Shown: positions 53,339-64,000 of the stretch, in pieces
Numbering within the stretch: position 1 is the stretch's first letter
How the letters are laid out: each line of letters opens with the position of its first letter
Assembly: GCA_951406725.2 (NCBI GenBank)
Contig: OX597821.1
Coordinates: 45,756,001-45,820,000, forward strand
Length of the DNA: 64,000 bases
Direction: 5' to 3'
Source of the DNA: Octopus vulgaris
Taxonomy: Eukaryota
Made by a program: the position numbers and the translations under genes
Notes under the pieces: generated by a model
Told to the model about the DNA's origin: nothing
Database searches by the model: none
The model's input: the letters and a program-made list of their open reading frames with translations, nothing else

Positions 53339-53342
<4 letters not shown>
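53238..53342. repeat. Hairpin with ~45-bp arms, related to 54839-54900
   Basis: TAAGTAATTAAGGGTTTAGCAACGATTTGCCTCACCACACACCGA, a 15-nt loop, then its reverse complement with 2 mismatches. Confidence 0.9.
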
Positions 53343-53404
<62 letters not shown>

Positions 53405-53407
<3 letters not shown>

Positions 53408-53610
53408 TTTTATTTGTTTCAGTCACTCGACTGCGGCCATGCTGGATAGAGTACCACCTTTAGTCGAACAAATCGAACCCAGGGCTCATTCTTTGCAAGC
53501 TTAGTATTTATTCTATCGGTCTCTTTTTGCCGAACCGCTATGCGAGGGGCAAGTAAACACACCAACATTGGCTGTCAACCGATGGTCGGGGACAAACGCA
53601 GACACAAATA
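53405..53610 (-). mobile_element. SINE 3' portion
   Basis: Reverse complement of the 2290-2500 family. Confidence 0.7.
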
Positions 53611-53686
53611 ACAAATACATACATACATACATAAATATATATGTGTGTGTGTGTGTATATATACATATATATATATATGTATATAT

Positions 53687-53812
53687 TGTACAGGACGCCA
53701 CTGGCAGTAAACAACATGAAATACGAAAACAAATGAGTTAAATATACAAATAATAAAGCAAAAAAGTACAAGTAATACAAAGAATGACTTGTCATCAGTT
53801 TTCAGCTGTTTG
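53687..53812 (+). repeat. Direct repeat, second copy at 56778-56892
   Basis: GTACAGGA...ACATGAAATACGAAAACAAATGAGT...AATACAAAGAATGAC..TCATCAGTT.TCAGCTGT occurs in both places. Confidence 0.85.
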
Positions 53813-54237
53813 TCTACTCCCCATTTCGATCAATCAATCACAATATGAATCTTCGAAAACCATTGCTCCTATAAATACCAAAATAAAATTTGGTATTTTT
53901 GGTGGGTCAATGTTAGGGACAAAAACTTGATAGAGGAGACATAGAGGGAAACCGAACGAAAACAAACATGGAAGGTCGTTAGTCCTGAACAAGGGGAAAA
54001 AGTGAACCTGAGAGAAATATTTTCTTGTAAAAGAGAAAAGATAGAAGAGCACAAGGAGACGTCCAGTCCTTAGAACGTCCGTGTAGGAAAGAAAGATGGT
54101 CACGTGAGGAAAAGAAAGATGGACGATGGTCACGTGCAAGCAATGAGGTAGAGAAAAAGAGAAAGAGGGGACAGAGATAGAAAACTGTGAAAGGGAGAAA
54201 AAGCGAAATTAGGGGGGATTGGGGAGAAAACAGTATA

Positions 54238-54525
54238 GAGAAAATGGTTAAGCAATAGTTATTCTAGAGAAGATATGAAATAGTGAAGTGAAGTGGAGGA
54301 ATAAAAACAGACGTGAGGTTTACAAACTCTATGCTTGGAATGACCAATTTTAAATACTATTGGAACTTACACACAAGGTACAGGAAACTTATATGCATAT
54401 CATTCTACTTATATAATGTAACTGTAGATACAATATCCCTGCATATCTCACGTCTGTTTTCATTTCTCCATTTCACTCTCTATTTCATATCTTCTCTAGA
54501 ATAACTATTGCTTAATCATATTCTC
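54238..54525. repeat. Inverted repeat with ~80-bp arms (PLE pseudo-LTR-like)
   Basis: TTAAGCAATAGTTATTCTAGAGAAGATATGAAATAG...AAACAGACGTGAG is mirrored at 54447-54525. Confidence 0.9.
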
Positions 54526-54530
54526 ACACC

Positions 54531-54578
54531 GTCTCCGATGAAGAGATATATAAAATATTCCGGAAACAGCTGTAAGAC
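54531..54578 (+). ncRNA. Type I hammerhead ribozyme motif (CCGAUGA core variant)
   Basis: GTCT-CCGATGA-[A GAGATAT..ATATTCC G]-GAAA-CAGCTG-TA-AGAC. Stem I is GTCT/AGAC, stem III is palindromic, and the predicted cleavage site is GUA. Confidence 0.72.
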
Positions 54579-54779
54579 CTTCCCTTTATAAATGTTCAGA
54601 AATCTTTCACAGCCTTGGATTTTTTATCTCATTCTGTTAATTTTTTAAATATACGTATGCTGATATATGACCCACGTTGGCCTCCTCATTCGCATAATCA
54701 CCGAACCTAGAGCTTAACTATAGTCTGTCCATAGCACTTACTCAGCATTACTTGACACCATAACCTCTCATAACCTCAA

Positions 54780-54838
<59 letters not shown>

Positions 54839-55029
54839 TAAGTAATTAAGGGTTTAGCAACGAATTGCCTCACCAACACACCGAATTTAGAAATAGCAGT
54901 CAAAGAGATATAGCTATTCCTTCTACTAAAAGGGGGATCTCCGTAAAAACACAGCACTTGAAAGGCAAACACAGACAGGTAAGAAAGAAAGAATGAAATG
55001 ACGGCAATCTATCATACAATTTTAAGTTA

Positions 55030-55121
55030 CCTACGGACGTACGTTTCGAAATCAAGTTTTAGGAAAGCATAAGAATTAGAAAATTCTACCTTACCCAAAC
55101 TTCTTTTCTCATCGGCGCAGG
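55030..55121 (-). ncRNA. Type I hammerhead ribozyme motif with long stem II
   Basis: Minus strand: CCTGCG-CCGATGA-[GAAA..AAGTTT..AGAATT ttct AATTCT..AAACTT..TTTC]-GAAA-CGTACG-TC-CGTAGG. Predicted cleavage site GUC. Confidence 0.78.
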
Positions 55122-55354
55122 ATACTACAATTATGAATAATTGTATATTAAATTTTGAGATACTAGAAGGCATTATCTCAACTCAGTGTCAGAGCGAGCC
55201 AAAGCATGACCAGTACCACGAAATTCAAAGTGTGAATGAAAGTTTGTGTCACCACAAATTACTTATTGTTACTGATAACTATATATATATATATATATAT
55301 ATACATCTCTGTAAATGCAATATGTGACAATTATTTCGGAATAGCCATTGATCA

Positions 55355-55412
55355 ATTACACCAAGTAGTTTCGGATGTCGGGGTGAAATCCACGCCGCCA
55401 TCTCTTCAGTTA
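55355..55412 (-). ncRNA. Hammerhead-like motif, probably inactive
   Basis: Minus strand: CTGAAGA-GATGGCGGCGTGGATTTCACCCCGACATC-C-GAAA-CTACTTGGTG. Stem II is good, but stem I and the cleavage triplet are not satisfied. Confidence 0.4.
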
Positions 55413-55539
55413 TCCGGCCATCGGAAAAATGCTTTTTTTTTAAAATATATAAAAAAATATATGTATAAAAATAAATAAATATATGTAAAATATATTAGAA
55501 ATATAAGTAAAAAGTATAAAGAGATAAAAAACTTGTACG

Positions 55540-56770
55540 TGGACACAATATAGAAAGCAAATCCTATCTGTAATCTAGGAGGGATCACGGCTGCCACTAG
55601 GTTAGTACAATGGTCCAATAGTATAGAAGTCGTTGACTGGTTTAAAGCCATTAAGAATAAGAATAAAGTGAGATTCGATTTTTATGCCTCTATCTCTAAG
55701 GAACTGCTAGATAAAGCGCTGACCTTCGCAAGCGAATTCATAGAAATCAATACACAGGATAAGGACATAATATTCCATGCTGGAAAGACTTTACTCTTCA
55801 GCGAGAATGCAGAGTGGGTCAAGACTACCGATACAGAGGGGGCTTTCGATGTGAGCATGGGGTCATATGATGGAGCAGGCATATGCGATCGTATTGGACT
55901 ATTCCTACTCGATACGTTGGGCTAGACCTTTCCTGACGTTTACTTAGCCATTTACAAAGATGATGCCCTCGCCTTAACCGCAAATACCAATGGACCAGCA
56001 CAGGATCGGTTTAGGAAGGACATTATCTATTTGATGAAAACCTTCGGACTTAGCATAACTACAGACACCAACCTGACGGTTGTCAATTTCCTAGATGTAT
56101 CCTTAGATCTAAATAAGAATTTTTATAAGCCTTATAGGTAGCCCAACGAAAGACTTAGCTATATTAATGCGGGTTCCTGCTATCCCCTCATAGTGTTTAA
56201 AAATTTAGTTTAAAAAATTAGCAAAAGAATTTCTAGCCTTTCCTCCGATAGGGGCATTTTTAATAGCATTGCCCCAGTATATGATAAGGCTCTAAAAGAT
56301 AGTGGATTTAGCGAGGAAATAACCTATACACCTGCTACCAGTCCAATAATAAATAAAAAGAATCACAGGAACAGGAAAACTATCTGGTTCACACACCCCT
56401 ACTCACCCGAAGTGACAGTCAATATAGGCAAGTATTTTTTAGCACTGAAAGATAGACATTTTCCAGTCAACCATACTTACAGAAAGCTCTTCAACAGACA
56501 TAACTTAAAAATCAGTTTCAGCTCAACTACTAATTTTAAAAATATAATCGCACACAACACACAAAAACCACAATACGAAACCAGCTGTTCATGCAGGGAT
56601 AAAAATTTGTGCCCGCTAAATGAAGCTTGCATGTCCGAAACCATTATTTATGAAGCCACCGTGAACTCTATATCCACTAGGGATATGGTTTCGACGAAGA
56701 AATACGTGGGCCTTACAGACGGTAATTTCAAGACCAGGTTCAATAATCATACCTTGAGCTTCAGGTATAT
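55540..56770 (+). pseudogene. Penelope-like element RT plus GIY-YIG endonuclease remnant
   Basis: DFYASI, MGSYDGAGICD, YKDDALA, NFLDVSL, WFTHPYS and CSC...CPLNEAC...IIYEATV...KYVGLT..FKTRFNNH, with stops and frameshifts. Confidence 0.88.
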
Positions 56771-56912
56771 ATATATGTATACAGGATGTCACCAACAGAA
56801 AACATGAAATACGAAAACAAATGAGTGAAATACGAAAATAGAGAAAAAAGGACAATACAAAGAATGACCCTTCATCAGTTGTCAGCTGTGTATCCACACA
56901 GACACACGCACG

Positions 56913-56972
<60 letters not shown>

Positions 56973-57289
56973 CATATACATTTATATACATATACATAAA
57001 CACACACACACACATATATAATGTTATGAGGACATAAACACAACACCGATTGTATTTGGTATAGAGTGTGGAGTCTTGTAAGATTGGAGGTTTTGAACTT
57101 GCTGCGAAAATAGTGTGATGTTGGCAAGGTAAAGAAGGCGGAAATGATTTTATTAAACCATAAAGACCAAGTCGGAAAAAAAGATAAATAAAAGAGAGAT
57201 AAAATAAATCATTAGATTGGTGAATAAAAGAAGAGCTCACCAAAAGTTTACACATTTTAGAGGAAAATGAAAGAACTCTCTAAAAACTC

Positions 57290-57855
57290 TCTAAAGATTC
57301 CGTTTCAGCTTTTAGTCCAGAGCTTTTGAGCCATTGCTGGCTTTTACTTAAGCTCACTTCTTTTCTGTTAAACCTTACAAGGTATTGGCCATGGAGTGAC
57401 TTTCCTCTCCATTTCTTCTTTAGTATATTTTGTAGTTCTGTTTCCTCTTTGTTTTTTGTCTCTTTGACCATTTCTGCTGTTGTCTTCTGAGGTCAATGTA
57501 TCAGTGTAGCTTGTTTCTGTTTTGTATTTTGTTGCCGCCTTGTGTATAGAGAAAAACGTTTTCTTTTTCTCGTGTTGCCTTATTACACGTAGTAGTTTTC
57601 CACTTTTTGTTTATAAGTACGTTTCTACTCCAACTGTTGTTATTTTATAATAGTTATTTTTGTAAATCAGGCTACGGCTACCTTCTAAGCGGGGTAGCTA
57701 TATTCAGTCTACGCCTGCTATTAGGTGGCGGCGTCGGTATGCTGTTAATAGCTTTGTAGTTTTTCTAAGTTTCTCAATTCACTGACCCTCCAGTTTATGT
57801 TGAAGCTGTAATTTATGACTGGTATGGCTAGCAGATCTATCCCTATTATCTCACT
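57290..57855 (-). mobile_element. R4/Dong-like fragment
   Basis: WRGKSLHGQY...WLKSSGLKAETES and LAIPVINYSFNINW. Confidence 0.75.
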
Positions 57856-57859
57856 TTAA

Positions 57860-57930
<71 letters not shown>
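57860..57930. repeat. (TTA)n microsatellite
   Basis: Directly visible. Confidence 0.95.
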
Positions 57931-57934
57931 CCTT

Positions 57935-58110
57935 TAAGGAGGCAAGCTGGCAAAATCATCAGCACGCCGTCTTAACGTTTTGATTTCAAATTTCGCCTAG
58001 GTCAACTTTATCTTTCATCCTTTCGGGGTCAAGAAAACAAGTGCCAGATGAGTACTGGGGTTAATATAATCGACTTACCCTTATAGGCCTTGTACCTATA
58101 ATAGAAATTA
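57935..58110 (+). mobile_element. SINE, same family as 3190, between (TTA)n arrays
   Basis: GGAGGCAAGCTGGCAAAATC...GTCAACTTTATC..TCGGGGTC...GGCCTTGTACC. Confidence 0.7.
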
Positions 58111-58143
<33 letters not shown>

Positions 58144-58144
58144 T

Positions 58145-59935
58145 TTCAATTTTGTTTCCATTTCTTGTCGAGTGTCTTCCCAACACCTAGGGAAAAACAC
58201 TCACTGTATACATTGGTAGGCCATCAAAATAAATACACCTGATTGTTCATTTACAAAGTCATGTGATAAAAAAGGAGAAGAAAGACAAAGAAAACGGAAA
58301 GATGGAATAAAAGGAAATATGAAGAAAAAAGCAAACGTAGAAAATAAAGGACGAAAAGGAAAGGGGATTCAGGGCGACAATGCTCTTCTCAATACGTGTG
58401 GTGTATCAGTTAAGACAATCTTTTGCACTTCCTGTTTGTTCCCTTTTTGATCATTCCAAGTTCTCCTAGAATCACTACTATTGCAACTGTCTTGAGATGA
58501 CATTTTTTTCCGATTTCAATCAACAATTCTTTATATTTTCTGAGCTTATCAAACTCTTTTGCCGAGATATTATGATCACAAGCTATGCTCATGTCAATCA
58601 AACAGATTTTATTGTTTTGGTCTTTCACAACAATATCTGGTTTATTAGCTTTGATCGTCCGGTCTGTATGTACTGGAAAGTCCCTGAAAATCGTTACATT
58701 TTCTCTCTGTTTCATCCTCAGGGTTGTGCTTGTACCATTTGTCAGCAGTTTTGATTTTAAAATGCCGACATATTATCCGGTGTAGATATAGGTCAACTCT
58801 TTCATGTCTTGAAAGAGTTGACCTATATCCGGTACTAAAACCTTACACCCAGAGATTAGGTGGTCTACTGTTTCAATCTCATCATTGCAGTATCGGCACT
58901 TCCATCTTGCTGATCAACCTGGGTATTATGCATGAACTCACTAGCAAATGTTTTTGTTCTGCTTCATGACAGAAGGAATTTTCTTACGTTACGCATGGTC
59001 TTCAACGTGCTTTAGCATCCAGTCGTTAGATGTTTCAAGATATTTTGCCAGTCCAGTTGTGGTGGTTTTGTAAGAGATTTCAAACCGGATCGAGCCTCGA
59101 CCTCTTTGGGCTCTGGAAAGATAAATTTTCCATATTTCACTGATATTCTAGTTCAACACTTTGAAACTATAAATAACAACTGGAACTGCTAAGTAATTTA
59201 TGGCTAACACCCTGTTACGTGCATTTAACTCGGATTTTAGGACTACTCGAACTCCTGTAACATTTCCTTCCTGATCTCTTTTATGCTTGCATGCTGAATG
59301 CCAGAGGCCTCATTTATTCCGGAGTATTTGTAAGTTTGTTCCTGCTCAAATTGTTTTATATCTGTGTCAACATCTAACACCACTGAATGTGAAGTATTCA
59401 GTTTTCCTTTCTGGGAAGTGGCCTTGACACATTTATCATATTCCATCTCGATGTCCTCACCGAATGTCTTCATAGTACGTAATAGACTTTCAAGCTCATT
59501 GTCTTTGCCATAGAGTTTTAAATCGTTCATGTAAAATAGATGGCTTATTTTCTTGTCGCCAATTTTATATTCACACCAGGTTCTGTTAAATTCACTTGTA
59601 AGGGGTATTAGGTCTATGGAAAAATTAGAGGTGAAAGGTGAGTCAACTTGGAAAACGCTACAGTTGGTATTAATATTGTTTTTAGTCAGTACTCCAGTAT
59701 AATTGGAGATTCATATTCCACACTGATAAGTGCTTCAGGAAGTTTGAAATCACAGAAACTTTGAAGATATCTAGTGATTTCAAGAGCCACAAATGCGGTA
59801 TGCTGTCAAAGGCTTTCTTATAATCAATCCATACAGAACTGAGATTTCCGTTTTGTTCGGTGGCGAAAACATCGTTCTGTTCGATAAAGGCGTATGTTTT
59901 CTCCACGAGGATGAATGTTAAAATTTTATACAAAT
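58145..59935 (-). mobile_element. Decayed R4/Dong-like LINE with 3' UTR
   Basis: WIDYKKAFDSIPH, MNDLKLY and ANKPDIVVKD..CLIDMSI (PD..D restriction-like endonuclease). The 3' UTR runs into (TAA)n at 58108-58142. Confidence 0.85.
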
Positions 59936-60721
59936 AGTTATATATGTATTTTTATGAATTATATAAGCTAATCCGTTGAGAAAAACTTATATCTCTATAA
60001 GAAACCGTATTTACTATTTAAAAAAATGCAAGTTGAATATGTTTCTTTACAACCGTGACTGAAGTTCATTTGTATTTTACTTTCCTAATGCTTTTAACGG
60101 GGATAGAGTAATAACGGAACAGTTGATAGTCCTTTTGGCCATATTAAATCATTTAAAAAGCCCATTCAGATCAACTACACTGTACAGCGTATATGTAAAG
60201 GATTAATAAATACGAATTAAGATTTATGAAAATAAACGTCCTATGAAGAATGCATGGACAGAAACCGTATGACAAACCGCTAAGTAAGATTTCATTTCTC
60301 GCAAGGTTGATTCTTAATGTATCATCAAATTTCTACCTGATGGACGGAAAACCTTTAATACTACGAACATGTAACAGAATAAATTATTAGAACTTTAAAG
60401 ATATCAGTCATTGTAAAATTACATATTTAACTGGAACAAATGACTTTATAAAATGAGAAGGCAATATGCCTTGGCGAGTTCTCTAATAATAATCGAAGAT
60501 CTAGTAGAATCCGAATATGTTAATAATTTGAGAATAAGTGTTGGAGTGTATATGATTTGGAGTGAAACTGGAGTCAACGGTAAAAGATGCAAAAACACGT
60601 AACCAAATCCTTAAACTTTTCATTCATTACCAACTCATTTAGATTTTATACCAACTACATGATTTTGGGTTCAGTTCCACTTGGGAAAGTATCTTCTATT
60701 GCCCCGAAGTGATCAAGACAC

Positions 60722-60724
<3 letters not shown>

Positions 60725-60778
<54 letters not shown>

Positions 60779-60832
60779 TGTGTGTGTGTGCGTGTGTGCG
60801 TGTGTATGTATAAATATATATATAATATCTGT

Positions 60833-60915
<83 letters not shown>

Positions 60916-60918
60916 TTC

Positions 60919-60962
<44 letters not shown>

Positions 60963-61000
60963 CCCACCGCATATAAATTATATATATATATATATATATG
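60725..61000. repeat. (TG)n/(TC)n/(TA)n compound microsatellite
   Basis: Directly visible. Confidence 0.95.
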
Positions 61001-61410
61001 TGTGCGTGTGTGGGTGTGTCTTTATGTATCTTTGTATCCATACATATTGCTTTATCACATACGCACACTTACATACATACTGCCTAGATGTTAAGTGCCA
61101 GCCATTATCCGCGCATGCGTGTGGTTCGGTAACACGTACCATGCTTTCGGAATCTTTCAGGTGCTAATAGAATCACGAGCACACATAGACACCTTCTCGA
61201 CTCTCCTACTCTATGACCAAGTGGTACATCCAAGAAAGAGTGTGCTGCTGCATCACGCGGCTAGTAGTATTACTTCGGCTGGGTAGATTGGAGCAGTGCA
61301 AAAGGAAATGCTTTGCTCCAGGACACAACGCGTGGTTCAGTTTATGAAATGCATCCATTGCATTATAATTATGAGCAGGACACCCTTCATACTAGGCCAC
61401 ATATTTGCTT

Positions 61411-61492
<82 letters not shown>

Positions 61493-61959
61493 ACATTCAT
61501 ATACACATTATGACTGAAAGGCTCCAATTCCAAGCACTCAGAGTTGCACGTTTTCTAGCATCAGCTGGTAAACCGAGCCTGCTTTTCTTTTGAAATATTC
61601 TGTTTAAATGTTTTTTGAAATATGAAATGGAAGTTTGAAGAAAACGCTTATCTTTATTTATTCATTTACAAACAAATCTTTGTGAGTGACAAGTACAAGA
61701 ATGGCTGCTTCAAGGTCATGTTTTTAATTCCATTTCTGGTCTTGTGGTAATATTATAAACGTCTTAAACTTCATTCAGTCGAAGTCATGAAGTTTCAGTG
61801 TAAATAATGTTTTAAAGCAATATTTTTTAGTAATAATTTTATTTGTGATTTTTAAAAAATTATGTGTGTGTACTTTCATTTAACATGTGTCAATGCAGAC
61901 GAATACATATGCACATATGCATTCATAAGCATGTATATTCGAAGAATTATATATGCATG

Positions 61960-62177
61960 CGTATGTATGTATGTATGTATGTATGTATGTATGTATGTAT
62001 GTATGTATGTATGTATGTATGAATGTATGTATGTATGTATGTATGTATGTATGTATGTATGTATGTATGAATGAATGTATGTATGTATGTATGTATGTAT
62101 GTATGTATGTATGTATGTATGTATGTATGTATGAATGTATGTATGTATGTATGTATGTATGTATGTATGTATGTATG
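61960..62177. repeat. (GTAT)n microsatellite
   Basis: Directly visible. Confidence 0.95.
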
Positions 62178-63061
62178 TTTGTACGCACACATAGATCCAC
62201 GCATATTAAAACATATATCAATAAAATATATGAAACATTTCGAAACCAACGGGTTTTTCAGAACCAGAACGTAACTAAAGAAGGCTTGTATTTGCATAAA
62301 AAAAATAGCAGCTCAGTTACTTGGTTTAAACTGTTATTGCCTTCCGTAATATTTCTCAATGTTTCGATCAAACAAAGGTCACACTGAATCTTTGATTTAA
62401 ATCTCCCGTTTCTGCATGGTTGCGTGCTACATAAATATACCAGGTAATTTTGAATTCGTGGGGACATGTCTCATGCAAGAACCATATGACCTCCGATGAA
62501 GTCATAGCGCACTTTCTTCTAGGGTTGAAAAGTGAATGTTTGTGCTTGTAATAACGGTTCTTTTAATGAGAGTTCCGTTGCCTCATTACTTTAAGCCCAT
62601 TTCTACTGTCCGATTCAACCTTGACGCTGTATACTATCGACTTTGTAAGGCAGGTACTGTCTGGTGAGCAGTTCTCACGAATTCTTTACTCATTATTTTA
62701 AAAAACTTTAAGGAAATATATTATTGAAAAATATTACTTTAAAAACATTAGTTAAATGGGAGCATTTTAAGTAAATTTTTTAAAGAAGACTTTGTATTTT
62801 TAGTGAGTACTGTAATTTAACGTTACTGCTTTAATATCTAACACTTTCACCACTTCAATTTCTATTCATTTATTATTATTATTATTTTTTTGTGTATGTC
62901 TCCCAAAAACTTTCGTTGCTTTAGCAACATTATCAATAGATGTCGAATCTGTCTGTTATCGGAGATGTATTCGTTTTGTCTGTTTGAGAATCTGTTGCAT
63001 ACGTGGGTGTGTGCTTGTGTGTGCACGTATGTGTGTGCATATATATATATATGTATGTATG

Positions 63062-63094
<33 letters not shown>

Positions 63095-63444
63095 GTATGT
63101 GTGTACATGTGTATACGTGTATATACATATGTAAGGTATATATGTATTCTGCATATTTGTGTTTGTGCGTGCGCGCGCGAATGCTTGTGTGTGTGTATGT
63201 ATGTATGTATGTATGTATGTATTATGTATGTATGTGTGTGTATGTGTGTATTAGTGTGTACCTCTGCTTCCTTGCGTGTGCGTGTTTGAATTTGTGTGAT
63301 TATGTACACGTGTCTGTTATATATGGATGTGTCTCCATTTGTGTCTTTGAGCGTGTGCAGTGTGTGTGTGTGTGTGTGTAAAGTCATGCGGAGTGTGTGT
63401 GTGTGTGTGTATAGTCATGCGGAGTGTGTGTGTATATATATAGT

Positions 63445-63860
63445 CATGCGTATGTCAAGTGCCTCCATATTGGTCTTACGAAAATACTATATGCACTAAT
63501 GAGAACTGTATGGTATGTAAGATTAACTATCACATTAACCGTAGAACTAGAAATGTAGTCTACGACATAAGGTACATAGAAGGTACTTGTGAGGACAAAA
63601 ATACGGCTTACGTTAGAGAGACATCTAGAAATATAGCAGAGAGAATAAACAGTCATTTGGGGGCAATATGAGGAGAAGAAAGAGTCCTCCATGGTCTATC
63701 AACATGTCGAAGACCAACATGGAGGCACACTGGGCCGACTTGGCATCCGCATTTTATTCAAGTACCAGAAGGATCCATCACTCTGACAAATCCAGGAGTA
63801 CATCCTCATAAACGAAACGTCCCTCGTACTAAATAGGAATTACACGCAGAAGGTAGATAT
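63445..63860 (+). pseudogene. Penelope-like GIY-YIG endonuclease remnant
   Basis: CTNENCMVC...NVVYDI...AYVRETSRNIAERINSH. After a frameshift in a G-run it continues SSMVYQHVEDQH...QIQEYILI...LNR. Confidence 0.75.
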
Positions 63861-64000
63861 ACTCCAATACCTACAAATTATATATAGGTACATTTGGTGA
63901 TAGACAGTCAAGTAGGTAAATATATATGTACGTAAACAGATAGATACATAGGAATGTATGTATGTATAGGTAGGTAGGTATGTAGGTAATAGGGATAGAC

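Noticed and set aside
53790-53812. Minus-strand CTGATGA in the 53687/56778 direct repeat
   Set aside because: Not followed by stem II and GAAA in either copy.
62488-62560. CCGATGA followed by a hairpin
   Set aside because: No in-register GAAA, stem III or stem I partner was found.
63660-63790. In-frame TGA codons in the GIY-YIG remnant as possible selenocysteine (as in Naiad PLEs)
   Set aside because: One results from a G-run frameshift and the other is best explained as CGA>TGA decay. Neither is at a Cys position, and no SECIS was identified.

Overview
AT-rich, repeat-saturated eukaryotic DNA with no recognisable host protein-coding gene. The tRNA-derived SINE families and the extreme microsatellite density suggest an octopus or other cephalopod genome (inference). 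Most ORFs in the supplied track are translated microsatellites. The window holds: one young, 5'-truncated Tx1/L1-clade LINE with an uninterrupted 944-codon ORF2; about six decayed R4/Dong-type LINEs; CR1-type LINE remnants; two mariner pseudogenes; hAT remnants; MITEs; many SINEs; and a Penelope-like (PLE) complex at about 53.1-56.9 kb plus a GIY-YIG remnant at 63.5 kb. The most interesting signal is a set of type I hammerhead-ribozyme motifs in short modules among (TA)n-rich arrays. The clearest are at 35.97, 54.53 and 55.03 kb, with weaker ones at 34.7, 36.28, 53.2 and 55.36 kb. Several have non-canonical cores (CCGAUGA, a C8 variant), a palindromic stem III or a very long stem II, pointing to a possible PLE-derived, retrozyme-like system. 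Several fold-back palindromes also occur, including a 260-bp hairpin with perfect 49-bp arms centred on a microsatellite. All calls were made by eye; boundaries of decayed elements are approximate.
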